Assembly (NCBI GenBank): GCA_000165425.1
Contig: CT868029.1
Location: forward strand, 62,001 to 126,000
Direction: 5' to 3'
From: Paramecium tetraurelia
Lineage: Eukaryota
Length of the DNA: 64,000 bases
The notes beneath the pieces were generated by a model. The model ran no database searches. It was not told the origin of the DNA and worked only from the letters and a program-made list of their open reading frames with translations. This document shows positions 27,037 to 39,971 of the stretch, piece by piece. The stretch's first letter is position 1; every line of letters begins with the position of its first letter. Both the position numbers and the translations under genes were made by a program.

Positions 27037-27249
27037 AATTTTATATATATATATATAATGATGGATATCATATATTTTAATTTTGAACCCTCCTTTTTCA
27101 TGATTGGATCCATTCCTTGATAGCCTATCAATTGCTATCTATTTAATCAAAAAATCTTCTTAAAAGATGAAAAAAAATATAAATTATATATTAAGTAAGA
27201 TATTTAAATAAAAAGTAATTATACAAAATATTTGTAATTCAAAGTTCAT

Positions 27250-28640
27250 TCTGTCTTCATTTTAGTTCTACGAGATATTTTCTATTTCCAAATTTTACTT
27301 TTGATTTTTGGGGCATTTTTGAAGGCATTATATATTTTGGGATGCCTATAGAGATCAAAATTCTTATGTATTTTTTGTTGAGAAAATTCATTAATCTTTA
27401 AAGGATAGTCATCTTAATTAATTTTTCTGCCTATATCCTAATTAATTAGGTTCGAATCATTCAATAAAAAAAAGTCTTAATCGTCCTAATTTTACATAAG
27501 ATTAAAATTTTCATCAGCCTCAAAACCAGGGAATTCCGAAATCACAAAGAATTAGTATTAGCAATCTTCTTCATCTTCATTCTCGCCATGATAGCTGTTT
27601 ATTTTATTCAAGTTGTCAGAACCTCGTTTTATCTACATCACTAATAAATAATTGATCAAATAAATTATTATATTCACAATCTTTTCTACAATCTCTCAAT
27701 CATATCATTTTGAAGAGTAACATCAGAAACAAACCCTATTAGGTATTGATAATTAATTTTGTAATTGATAATAATTTAGTAGATAATATTTTCTTTTATT
27801 TCTTAATTGAATAAAGTGTTTTTCGTCTCTAATTCCATCTGATATTTTACTATTTAAGTGGACTAAATTGCTAAAGTTTTCACATCTGCTTTGATAATGA
27901 CATTCGTTTTCTTGAATTTTTGAATCCTACCAAATCCGAATAAACACTGACTTAAACCTAATAAAACCATCCATCTTAAATATTAAATCGAAATCATCTT
28001 ATAATCAACAACTAGCAACGAAATACAATCTAGGTCGATAAAAGCCATCCCAAATAATATACATTTTCTTTCTATCCTTGAAAAGTAAATTTTTTAAGAG
28101 GTGATGTTTGCTAATTTAAAAAGAAAAGTGATTTATCATCAATATGATTGAAATAGGCTGTTTAGTTTCTGTTTTCATATAGATTTACAATTTAGCTTTA
28201 TTTTTAAGCCTCTCCTATAATTTTGTAATTTCTGTATAGTATTCCGAGAAAAGAAATTTTCTTGCCCTCTAAATATATCTGTAAAATGAATAAGGCCTTA
28301 GACCATTTCAGGTTCACTAAATTGGCAAATTTTGTTCATTAAGAGATTCATCATATTTAGCAAAATCCATTAAAGTACCTTAGCAATTCTTATTTTCGTT
28401 AACGATGCCAAGATAAACATTTATATAGAGCTTTAAATCAAAAATACCTCATTCTCTTGCAAATACAAGATTGTTCAAATATAATCCAACTGATTCTATG
28501 ATTTATCCATTACATTTATTTGACTAGTTTTTGATAAGATATTCACTTGAGTTCATACATATCTCAGGAGGGGCAAGAGATACTTTGTTTACAATAACTA
28601 ATGTGTTTAACTTATAAAAAAAATTCAAATGAAATCATAC
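27250..28640 (-). pseudogene. possible decayed gene remnant
   Basis: About 1.4 kb of coding-like composition on the minus strand; I could not assemble a continuous frame. Confidence 0.25.
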
Positions 28641-28985
28641 AGGATCAATAATCTCAAAAATATATCTGTCTGGATTATGAGATAAGTTTAATCAAAATTA
28701 TATGATAAAATTCTAAAAAATTCAAAATACATTATTAAGAGATCTTATATTTTACTGTTGGTATCTTGATAATCAACTTATTTTTCAGTTTAACGTTTAA
28801 TAGCTATTATCTTTAGAGTATTTAACATCAGTGTTATTACGATTCTTGTTGAAAAACTTCAGTGAGTTATACTTTATTAACCTTTTAAAAGAATAAAATA
28901 GAAAATGTAAGAGTTTAATTGAATGTCTAGAATCTATACTCTTGGTATTGATAAATTCAATTGATTATATTATTATTAATAAACT

Positions 28986-29763
28986 ATGGTTTATAAAATT
29001 AGAAATAAATCATTCTTTTGGACTAGAGCAGGATGGAAGAATAATTGGCATCCTAAAAATTTCAATGCTCCTCGTCCTTCCAGCTCAGAATTTACAATCG
29101 GTATTAGATGCAGATATGACCATAATTCATTTTTAAGAGGTTTGCAATTTTGTTAAATTTAATAGCTTACCACTCGTATAGGAAGATCTCTAGACATTGC
29201 AAATAGTATTTCTTTGGAAATAGAGAATTAGAAGAATTATTTCAAATGGGTTTGAGGACTTTTTTCATTGTTCCACATATAGCTGAATGTCAAGTCACAT
29301 AAATTAAGCATGGTGGTGAAAGAAGAATGGTTGATTAAATAGATAGAGACTTCGAACTAGTGTCTTATAACTCACACCCTTATTAATTATTCACATACAC
29401 TATATGGAATCAGTATTTGGCAAATCAATAAGAAGCCTACGAGTAAAGAAAGAATGGGGATAAGGCTATTGAAGATTAAGTAATTGATCACATTAGGTAA
29501 ATATATCTTAAAAGGACAATAGTGAATTAGTAAAGGATGAGAAGAGTAAATTGGGTCCTGGAAAATAATTAAGTATTGAAAGGACAGCTGAAATAGTGAT
29601 GAATGTCATGAGACAATTAAGAGCAGCATAGCAAAGGCCGAATTTGAATAATAGGTAAATTGTTGAATCAAATAATTATAGACGAGCAGATGGGGAATTT
29701 GATGATTTCTTAGAATAAAGAAGACCCTTCGTAGCCCCCAATAATCAATCAGCAACTCATTGA
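28986..29763 (+). CDS. well-formed uncharacterised protein (~230 aa), candidate mitochondrial complex subunit
   Basis: MVYKIRNKSFFWTRAGWKNNWHPKNFNAPRPSS...QSATH-TGA with three small introns. The mitochondrial assignment is inference from the basic/aromatic N-terminus. Confidence 0.8.
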
Positions 29764-29797
29764 ATAGTAATAGGAAAATCAATTAAAATTAAACATA

Positions 29798-30402
29798 TCA
29801 TTTATGAGGTTATTAGATTAGTCTGCAATGCTACTCCTTAACCTCTTCCTACATTTCTTTTATTGCTTTTTATCATCTTCATCCGATTCCTCATTGATGA
29901 AATTACTATTAAAGGGATTTTAAGTTTTTTTTATAGTACTGACATATTTCTTCTTCTTATTTTGAAGTTCTTTTTGATTGAAGTTATCTTCGTTGTTTTC
30001 TTTATTCTAAACACTTTTTTTTTTATTGTTCTTCTTCAGGTTCATTTTATTATTGAAAAGGTAATTGAAAACTAGCTCTTCAAGATTTATAATTTTTTCT
30101 TGAAGCTCTTCAAATTGCTTTTGAATAATTTATTAGTTGTCTGGATTTTGTTCTGCTTCTCTAACAGTTTACTTTATAAGCAATGTTTATTTTTGAACAT
30201 TCCAAAATAGGTCTTGGATATCAGAAGCCTCGCAATCAATCATTGAAATTGAAGTTTACAATTTGACAATTTGTTAAGTCTTCTCAAGAAGATCCTTTTT
30301 CATTTGGATGAGTTGTTATTACACTAAAATGATAACATACATAATTTTACAATCTGAAGAGAACTATAAGGCTTCTTAACATTATTCTTTTAATTTCTGC
30401 AT
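29798..30402 (-). CDS. coiled-coil hypothetical protein (frame uncertain in the 3' half)
   Basis: QMKKDLLEKTQQIVKLQ...QKQFEELQEKIINLEE; the 3' frame is ambiguous. Confidence 0.4.
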
Positions 30403-30444
30403 TTGGTTATAATTATATAATTATATATATATTATTTTGGACAT

Positions 30445-32373
30445 TCAATTTTATAATGCTTCTTATGCATAAAATTTGACATCTCTATCTGGATCATCTA
30501 TTAATTCATTAATTGCTCTATGAAATAATTAAATTTGAAAATACTATTTAATTTGATTCAAAGTTTATTAGTTATCAATTTTTTTCGACAAAGATTTAGC
30601 AACTCTAATGCTAACAAATCTAATATTGGGAACAGTATCTTTTAAGCACTTCTAAACAATAGGCCATAATCTGTCCTAAGCAACAGGGCCATCAACAGCA
30701 AAAGAAATTTATTAGATTGCATAAAGTGCATTGATTCTATACAATGAACCAACGTCCTTGGATAGAGTTTCAACACATTTGGATAAGAAGTTGCCAACAG
30801 CCCATTCCTATTTATAAGCAGCAATCAATGCAGGCAATTAGCTTAATCCCATGGATCTAACTTCAGCTGCTCTATCTTTTAAAAACATTACAAACACAGA
30901 TTCCAATTATTTGTTGAAAACATCTGGATTCTTGACAGTCCTTAAATTATAAATTATGGAAATAGTACAATGCTAATTGAATGATAGTTTGCATAGTTTC
31001 TTTTCTTACTCTCCATTTAGGATCGTCCATACATTTTTTGAGAAAAGGAACAAATTGATTCAAAGCTTCTGGACCAATAGCAGCTGCAAATTGACCTGCT
31101 GATTTGGCAGCATTTCTTCTTACATCTTAATTGTCATCAGCCATTAAATCAATCAACTGTTGTTATAATTTGCTTTGACTATACTCCTTTGGTAAAAGTG
31201 TAGCAATTTAACCAATAACTTCACATGCATTCTCTAAAAATGACTATACTGATTACATTTCACTTAGGAAAAAGGATCTTTTGATAGTAATTATAGAAGT
31301 GGAACAATTAAATTTAATTTTTCTGGGGACACAAATTTAATGAATCTTGCGAGACTTTTGACAGCAATGACTCTGACATCACATTCTGTATCTTTTAATA
31401 AATTAGAGAATATTTATATAAGTGAAGAATCAGCAATTTCCTTGCCAACAGCCTCAGCTAACTAATTTGATATTTATAATTATTTTACATCTGCGAATAT
31501 TTTAGACAATGCTAATCTCACTCTCCAAGATTTATCTTCAGCTGATTAAATGATAAGAGGTAGAATATTGGTCTTATTCTCACCACTATTCAATATTTTT
31601 GCGATATTCATTAAACTTTCCATGCATAATAATCTGACTTAATCCTATTCATCTTGACAAAGTTGCTTTAAAACAGGGATCAAATCCTGAATCACATGGA
31701 TCTTATCCATAAACTAAGCGATTTCACCAATTTTAGTAGCTACAGCCCTTCTCACCATTGGTGTTTCTTCACTGCACAACTCAGTAAACTTTCTAATTTA
31801 TATTCAAATTTGAATTACTGTCTGATTTTCTCCTTCTGATTGCCTGCTCTGGCATACAATGGACACATCAAGCTGACTGCTGATACTCGACATGTGAAAT
31901 TACTATCATTTGAAGCTAATCTAATAATCTATAAAAATTGTAAAAGAAATAATTACCATAGGCACTATTGTGTTAGCTATTTCATTGTCCGCCAAAAATC
32001 CACATACTATAGTAATGGATCTTACAGCTTGTTCTCTTACCACGGTTTCATCAAACCCCGCCAATTATTCTAAGAGTGTCAAAAGGCAGATTGATTAATT
32101 CGGGATGATTTAACTAATTATAATCAAATTTCAATTACGCTATATTTCCCAATTCTTCAGCCAATGCAAACAGTACTTCGTCGTCCTCTTTCTTTAATAG
32201 AGCTACTTTAAATTATTGCTATTACTTTCAAAATATGGTATTAATTATGACTTTATTTTATCACTACCCAATAAAGTGGCAACAACTTTCACTCTATGCA
32301 TAGCATTGACTTTTAAATAAACTTCCTCATTCTCCATGTCTTCCTTTAGCACCTCAAATGGATTTTCGCTCAT
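30445..32373 (-). CDS. PPP2R1: protein phosphatase 2A scaffold (A/PR65) subunit, HEAT repeats
   Basis: MSENPFEVLKEDMENEEVYLKVNAM...EDDEVLFALAEELG...DETVVREQAV...ETPMVRRAVA...DKSWRVR...DPDRDVKFYAQEAL. Confidence 0.95.
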
Positions 32374-32576
32374 AATTAAATAAGATTTATATATAAAAAA
32401 GAAATATTTCTAATTTATCAAAGAAATTTATGAAATCAATTATATAGGGATGTAATAAATTAATTCCAATATTTCCTAATTTATAAATCATCGTGAGAAT
32501 ATTTTAGATAAAAATATTCGAACAGACTTGATTGACTAAATAGTAATAATAACTACAATATATATTAAATAAAATA

Positions 32577-33497
32577 ATGTAATAATAAATAATATTAGGT
32601 TCCATTGTTTGTTTTGCTGCCTTCCTCTTGATTATTTTAATCATCGGATGGGATGTTGTAGAAATCACAAACTGGGGGTTGAAGTGCAATTCCATTAGCA
32701 AACAATGCGATAAACAAATTTATGCTCCAGGCAGATATTTGGTGGGCCCTTTCAACTCCTTTTTTAATTTTCCTGGTAGCTAATAAAGCATAGAATTCTC
32801 AGATGACAAACGAGCCTAAAGTCAACCTCTCAAAACCAGAACTGCTGAAGGTCTTACCCTGAGTTTGCATGTGTCTTTTCAATATCAACTCATCAAAAAC
32901 GAAATCGCTTAACTCTATGCTATGGGGGGACTTAATTATGAAGCAACATTTATTAGGATGGCAAGAGATACCATTTTATAAGCAGCCGGTAGATTTGAAG
33001 CTCCCAGATATTGGACCAATAGGAGAAACATAACAGAAGTTATGCAAAAATAATTGGAAGAAGAACTGAAAAAGGCTCATGCCAATTGTGTATCACTTCA
33101 AATTCTAGACATTGAATTACCCGATTAATACGAAGATTCAATAGTCCAAACTTAAATCGAGGTCTAAAAGAAAACTATGAAATAATTTGAATAAAAGGCA
33201 CAAATGATTCTAAATGACATACTTGTTATGAGGGCTGAAAATGATTAAGAGATCTTTGCCATTCATGCGTAAGCCCAGGCAGATGCCTTTACAATCACTT
33301 AAGCAGCCTAAGCAACAGCTAATAAATTATTATTGGAAGCTGAAACTAAAGGATATGAACTGATTCAAAAAAATCTAGAACTTAGTTAAGAAGAATTTAA
33401 TCAATATTTGTATTGGATTTCTATCTTAAAATAAAAAAAAGCAAAACTGGTATTCAATCCAAACACTGTATTAACTTTTAATATGAATCATAATTGA
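32577..33497 (+). CDS. SPFH/band-7 domain membrane protein (intronless)
   Basis: N-terminal TM, PGRYLVGPFNSFFNFP, TRTAEGLTLSLHVSFQYQL, LQILDIELP, and an AxAxA coiled tail. Confidence 0.88.
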
Positions 33498-33516
33498 ATA
33501 ACAAACATAAATTTAT

Positions 33517-34545
33517 TCATAATTAGTAGTTTATTAATTCTCTTAAACGAAGGTTTTCTCGATTAAATTGTCTAACATCTTCAACTTGGCTGGCTTTTAT
33601 GAGATATTCTGTTAAGTATTTAAGTTCTTAATCTTTTTCATCAGATTTCCATTCCAATATTGGTATTCCATTGTCAATCTACAAACCAAAAGAATGAGCC
33701 AAATTGTCCACAATTAATGTAGAACTTAAATCTATATCTTTTAGAGTTCGTAAATCTTTAATAAAGAATCCATTTTTTGTCTCCATACAATGATTTCTAG
33801 AAAATATTCCAATAATTTTAGTTTAATCTGGATCCAAATAATCCACAATAGCACTTGCATATGAGGATGACGAAGCTGTGAAGATGAAAATTGAATATAT
33901 CTACGATAATTTATTTATAAAATAATTTGTATATGGTCTTACATTGAAACTGATTTAATTAATGTTAACTTAAGCTTACTCTTTACTGTTGCAAGAATGA
34001 ATTAATGTTTCATCTAAATCTAAAAGAAGAATTTTCGATTTATTTTCTTCTTTTGGGACTTCTACTTGACGTAATTTAATAAATTAATCGCTGGGTCCTT
34101 TTAAACATTTGGTTGCATAAATTAGACCTCTTTGAGTTAGTAAGAGATGTTTTTGAAAACTAGTTTCTGATACTGATTCGCCAAATATGAGATGTCTAAA
34201 AGTATGATTTTTGATGGAAACTTCATGTTATTTCTAAGGCTTTGATTCAGCATCAGAATGTGCTTACTTGTTTGATAGAACATTCCTAGCTGTACTTGTA
34301 AAGAGTTATTAGATGGTGGTAGGTTTTGGCTTGAATTTGGACTATTATGGTTTTGAGGGCGACTTGTTCGAAGGTGTGTTTGGAGTACCACAATCAGAAT
34401 CATCAGTTTAAAACTCCTATTTGTGTTTAGTGGAATTGGTGGAATGTGGTGTGGTGCTCTCTCCGTCATCAGAACCAAATAAAGATTTCTTATTAGGCTT
34501 AGTTAAAGTTAATTTTTGAGTATTGTAATGGTGTTTTGAATTCAT
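33517..34545 (-). CDS. CTD small phosphatase-like (NIF/FCP1-homology, HAD) protein
   Basis: LLLDLDETLIHS (DxDxT), VRPY, IFTASSSSYA, FIKDLR, IVDN, GIPILEW. Confidence 0.93.
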
Positions 34546-34708
34546 TTTTAAAGTAAATGATATGTAAATATTTAATTATTTATGTCAAAATAAAATACTT
34601 ATTAAATTTGAGATTATATACCTTTAATTAGATACATCTGTACTAATTTATTACACTTTATCAGTATTTTTTGTCAGATATTTATAATATTAATTTTTAT
34701 AAAATCAA

Positions 34709-35254
34709 ATGGAATTTCAAGAGTTGGAAAAAAAGTATGAAGAACTAGAAGAATAATGGAAATAAAGTTGTTCGAAGGTTCAATAATTGGAGAGTTAAAA
34801 TTTGCAACTAGTCCAATAATTAAATGAATAGATTTAGGAAATTACTAACTTAAAAAAAAAAGATTAACATCAATCAGAAGAAATTCAACAATTAAATGAA
34901 ATGGTGACTGATTAAATCAGATCCAAGAAACAAAACGAGAAAAAATATGATGAATTGGAGAAGAAATATGCAAAACTTAAAGAGGAATACAAAAAATTAG
35001 CCACTAAATTAGAGAATAGAGATTTATAAATTTAATAATAAGAAAAAGAATATAAATCGATAACAGAAACTGCCTAAAGAGATACCTAAGCCTTGATAAG
35101 CACTTATGAGTAGAAAATAACAATCTTGGAATAAACCTAGATACCCAAAGAATAATAATCGTAAAATAAGTCAATTCTTGATTATCTAAAACTATTCTTG
35201 ATCTCCTAGGTTGCCCATCCTATTTTCTATATTATGTATAGCAAAAAATAATGA
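34709..35254 (+). CDS. coiled-coil protein
   Basis: MEFQELEKKYEELEEQWKQ... heptad-rich open frame; the exact 3' end is uncertain. Confidence 0.65.
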
Positions 35255-35383
35255 TATTAAATTTTAATAATAAATCTATATTATTTGTGATAAAATTATA
35301 TTATTTAGAAAATTTTATTCATTATTAAATGGATTATTTTATTTTAAGATGATGTTTAGTTATCTATTCAACAATTAAAAAAA

Positions 35384-36762
35384 TCAAACTCCATTCTGTT
35401 CATTTTAAGAATGGTTATTCTCTTGATGAATTTCTGTCATTTCAAAGACAATAGAATCGTTTACTTTAGAATGTGGAGCTTCTTCGGTTAAATTAAAGAC
35501 ATCGGCTGCTTTTCTGACACCTATCTTTTTACCAAAATCTTCCCATTATTTATTCTCTCTATAAAAAGTATTTTAATTATAAACTAAAAAATATGCTGCA
35601 AAAGTTGAGAATCTAATATAGAAATTATTTAAATACAAAACTCCCCAAAATGCACCCACTATCGAAATCATATCAAAGGATGTTTAATAAGTTAAAACAG
35701 AGATTTATTATGTCTAAAATTATAATAATTTTTGATACCAATTCTGTCCGAAATCCTATTTGATACGCATTGTAAGTATTATACACACTTACATTAGTAA
35801 TCCAACTGTTAATTTTTTGTGTGCTCAAAAAAGTTCTAACATCATCTTGCCATCTTCTCAAGAAATCCGGTTTAATTGTGTACTTTTCAAGCTAGAAGAA
35901 AATTTCAGTTCTAGGATATAATCCAGGCATTAGAAAGTATTAATAAGTAGAATAGGGCACACTCTCTACAGATTGTCCGGTTGTAAGATCGAAATTTGGA
36001 GAATTGTCCCGAACATACAATAAAATTCTTCCACTTTGTAAATTAGAATGATAATCTATACCCAGCAGCAATCTATGCAATTTCTTACTAACTTATACAG
36101 GATGTGTTGCCTCCTTAACTGCAGTAATTGACTTAAACTCTTGGATAAGTAAACTCCGGAGTCTGATATAGAGCTCCTGACATATTTCCAGACACACTAA
36201 CATGTATATAATAAAATGTACTTTGGGCAAAGAATAGTGAAATTAGAAGCTGGGACCCAATCAGGATTGCAAGATTGTAACGGGATTTATGTTTTTACAT
36301 CTTTTTTTGAGACGTCTTAGAATTTAGTTACTTAGAACATCTCAAAATAGAAGATTGAAGGGTCATTTATGGTTTTTGTAAACCTAACATAGATTTCAAA
36401 ATAATATATACGGATCTCCAAAAAAGTATCCAAAAGCTATGTCTGGTAATGTTACATTTACGGCGTCCAAGATTTCTTCGTACTGATTTACTGTTGGACT
36501 GTTGTTTGTAATGAATGCTAAAACCTCAATCTTTATAAGTACCGACGAGAGTATAAATAAAATAGGCTAAAAAACATCCTATCATCAAAAGACTTCCATA
36601 TAAACTTCTTCTAGAAGATACCTATTCAGTTTTGGGAACAGGCATAAATTAGAAAAGATCAAAAGAAGCTATCAATCTCCGTTTAATTGTCACAACTCCT
36701 TTTGATTCCTCCTCATTCTCTTTTTTCTTTTTTTCTTCTTCTGCATTATTGCCTACTTACAT
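35384..36762 (-). CDS. two-TM membrane protein with large Cys-containing extracellular loop
   Basis: MQVGNNAEEEKK...SLYGSLLMIGCFLAYFIY (TM1), ectodomain, SIVGAFWG...FAAYFLVYN (TM2), TGA at 35384. Confidence 0.75.
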
Positions 36763-36914
36763 AAATTAAATATTAATTGACTAAATGCTTTATTATCATT
36801 TAAATATTCCGATTTAAATTTCGGTATCTAAATAGCAATTATCAGTATTCATAAAGAAAGTAAATCATTTTTATATGTATTAATAACAAAATTTCAAAAT
36901 TGATAATAATTGAT

Positions 36915-37791
36915 TCATATTTACGTTCTTTTATAAATTTTACTTGTAAGCTACAACTTCAGCCTATAGATATCTTTATCCGTGACATGGTATCTTGAGA
37001 GTTTTGCTAAATCTTGATTTTCAAAATCTTTCAATATTTCAAGGATCAATTGTATATTGCTACAAAAATCAAATTGACTCGACAACAATTCTTTAAGAGA
37101 CTCATAACAAGTCTACTTTTAATCTGAGCATCTCACTAAAGATATTGGATTGATGTGAATTGATTCATCATGATATTAAATAATGTCACCTATATTTATA
37201 ATTATTATTTTTTACTGCTTTAGAAGGCTAGGTCAAATTCAATGATTTTCTCTATAAATCTACACAGTGCTCTTATGTTAATTGTAAAATTGTGATGAAT
37301 AAATTTTTTGGTCTAATTTTACTAATTCAAATTACAATAATCCTTAGTTTGTATGACTCATCGAGCTATTTATCAATTTGCATTTCATTTATAGGCATCA
37401 CCAACCCGTCAAATGATCGTTTAATCCTTGGTATGGCTTGTTTTAATTCTTATACTAAAAATATCTATTAAGGTTATACTAGTTTTAAATACAAGAGTTT
37501 ATCTGTAGTACTCAGCATTGTCTATATCGGAGAAGATCAATTCAAATTACTCATCTAATAGAAGTTCTTCTATCATTTTCTCTTATAGTTTGATGCTGGA
37601 ACTATTCTCAGTCGAACATTGAGAATTCCCGCATAATGGAGATAATAAGGTATGAATCTAATTGAGATAGAATATAAATTTACCGGTTACAGGCTTTCAA
37701 GTTCTTGGTTACTAATTTAGTTATTTACAATCAAACGTTGTTTTTATTCAGATTTTTGTTATTTTAAGACAGAGAAGCATTTCGCAATCAT
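36915..37791 (-). CDS. hypothetical protein
   Basis: MIAKCFSVLKQQKSE... with several small introns, to ...IYKRTQI-TGA. Confidence 0.6.
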
Positions 37792-37819
37792 ATTTTTCGT
37801 AAATTTCAAACTTTTTTAT

Positions 37820-38200
37820 ATATATATTAACACACTTGGATTTGTATTCTATTTATTTACATGCATAACTAAAAACCGGGAAAACATATCAATTTCACCA
37901 AATTTCTTTTTCGCACAAAAAATAGCATTAGGAAGCAATTTGTTCCTTCAATATTCTTGAATCTTCAACATAAAAATTATCAGACGGTACTCATAAAATT
38001 CTCTATATTTCTTAAACTTTAAATTATTATAACATTGATATCTGTTTGAAAACTAAGCGTAGAATGCAAAATATCAGTTGATAATAATTATAATAAATTT
38101 CATTAAATTTTCTAACTTATTTTGGTGAACTTTCACAATGTAAATCTCAATAGTTTCTATACAAAAAGTTGAAAACTGCTCACCAGAAGAAAACTGAGAA
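37820..38200 (-). pseudogene. possible decayed RING-finger gene fragment
   Basis: Cys-containing fragments (TNCFL, LCMQ...IEYKSKCVN) in broken frames. Confidence 0.25.
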
Positions 38201-38233
38201 AATTATGATAATAAAGTATAATTATAAAAATTA

Positions 38234-38395
38234 ATGTTTTTAAAATATTGGATTTTATACCCAGCCATTGCAGGATTGTTTATTGGCGTAGGACATTTTG
38301 CAGCGTATTACCTATCAAGAGTTTTATTGAATCAAGAGTGGTTTACAAATGCTTTGAATAAATACCTAATGATTAATGAGTATTAAAGTTAATGA
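38234..38395 (+). CDS. 53-aa single-TM microprotein with PxxxGxxxGxG motif (Mim1-like pattern)
   Basis: MFLKYWILYPAIAGLFIGVGHFAAYYLSRVLLNQEWFTNALNKYLMINEYQSQ-TGA, preceded by an AT-rich leader. Confidence 0.7.
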
Positions 38396-38399
38396 ATCA

Positions 38400-38800
38400 A
38401 TGTTGTTTATCAAAATTGAAATAAATCGTATGTCATATAAGCTAAGCATCAAGGCAGTTGTATTTTGCGTAAAATTTACTGCTTATCTCTTTTATTACAA
38501 CTCTTAATAACTTGTTAGTCTTTATGTGAAAGATATTGGATGTGATTCAAGATTATTGGAAAATGAAACCTTATAACAACAAGCCATAAATGGTTGTTTC
38601 TACGTCTATATGAAGACATCTAAAATTTCACAATTGTCTGGTAAATTCTTGAGAAGAATAAGTATTACTCAATTTTCAAAAGAGATTAATAAACTCTAAA
38701 GTTTGAAGAGGTATATATTAACATAGTATCAGAGGTTATTTCAGGAGAAGAATGTTATTTTGAAGTAGGGATTTCGTTGCCAAAAGTTTAAGATATATGA
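38400..38800 (+). CDS. short hypothetical protein or remnant
   Basis: Coding-like frame from ATG 38400 with intron-like pieces; the 3' frame is unresolved. Confidence 0.3.
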
Positions 38801-39021
38801 GTAATATAAATAAAGTTATTATTTTTATGTTGTAAGATTTTACTAAATTATAGGTTGAAGAGAGATACAAATATGATTAGAATTGATGTAATTGATTTAG
38901 AGAGATTGTTTATTTTAATCTTCTTATTATAAGTTTATTAGAATTGATTAAAAATAGTAGATGTAAAAACATGAATGATAAAATTTTAATAAATTTTAAA
39001 TATAAAAACTTGTGATTTATA

Positions 39022-39853
39022 ATGCCACAACACGATTACATTGAACTTCATCAGAAAAGGTTTGGAAAAAGACTTGATACAGAAGAAAGAGCAAGAAAGA
39101 AGGCAGCCAGACAACCTCATGAATTGGCAGAGAAAGCATAAAATCTTAAGGGTCTTAAAGTACACAAAAATGATAATAATTTAAGGCCAAAATGTTTAAC
39201 AAGGAAAGATTTAAGGAGAAGGCACTCATGAAGAAATAGATGTTAGCTCACGAAGAGAAAGATATTGAAGTCAATGTGGAAGACGTAAAAGATGGAGCTG
39301 TCCCCACATATTTATTAGATAGAGAATAATAACAATAATCGAAGGTGTTGACAAACATGCTTAAACAAAAAAGGTAGAGTCTTTTATTTAATGATTAGAT
39401 AAGAGAAAGCAGGCAAATGGGATGTTCCTATTGCAAAGGTGAAATAGATGTCTGAGGGAGAAATGTTTTAAGTAATTGAGAGTGGAAAGAGAAAATAAAA
39501 GTCTTGGAAAAGGAGAATAAACAAGGTATGTTTTGTTCCAGAGACCTTTACTCGTAAACCACCCAAATTTGAAAGGTATATTAGACCAACAGGACTTCGT
39601 TTTAAGAAGGCTAATGTGACTCATCCTGAACTTCAAAACTACTTTTAGCTTGCCTTTATTGGGTGTTAAGAAAAATCCATAATCTGCCTTATATACTACA
39701 CTTGGTGTCATCACTAAAGGAACAGTTCTTGAAGTCAATGTGAGTGAATTAGGTCTAGTTACTCAAACTGGTAAAGTTATTTGGAGTAAGTATGCTCAAG
39801 TAACAAATAATCCTGAATTGGATGGATGTATAAATGCTACGTTGCTTGTTTGA
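39022..39853 (+). CDS. NSA2: ribosome biogenesis protein NSA2, with a +1 frameshift at ~39634
   Basis: [19 protein letters not shown]...[29 protein letters not shown] / [16 protein letters not shown]...[20 protein letters not shown]. Two introns. Confidence 0.95.
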
Positions 39854-39971
39854 TTTTTTAGAAGTTCATATTATAATCTATGTATAATTAGTATTTTTGT
39901 ATTGAAATTTCTCTTTATTGCTTATAATAATATAATCTTAATGAGCATTATAAATATAAATAATTATTTCG

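Noticed and set aside
27043..27058. (TA)n run upstream of the GBE-like gene
   Set aside because: Short AT microsatellites are common in these AT-rich spacers.
39388..39738. 116-aa minus-strand ORF
   Set aside because: Antisense to NSA2, with no independent motif.
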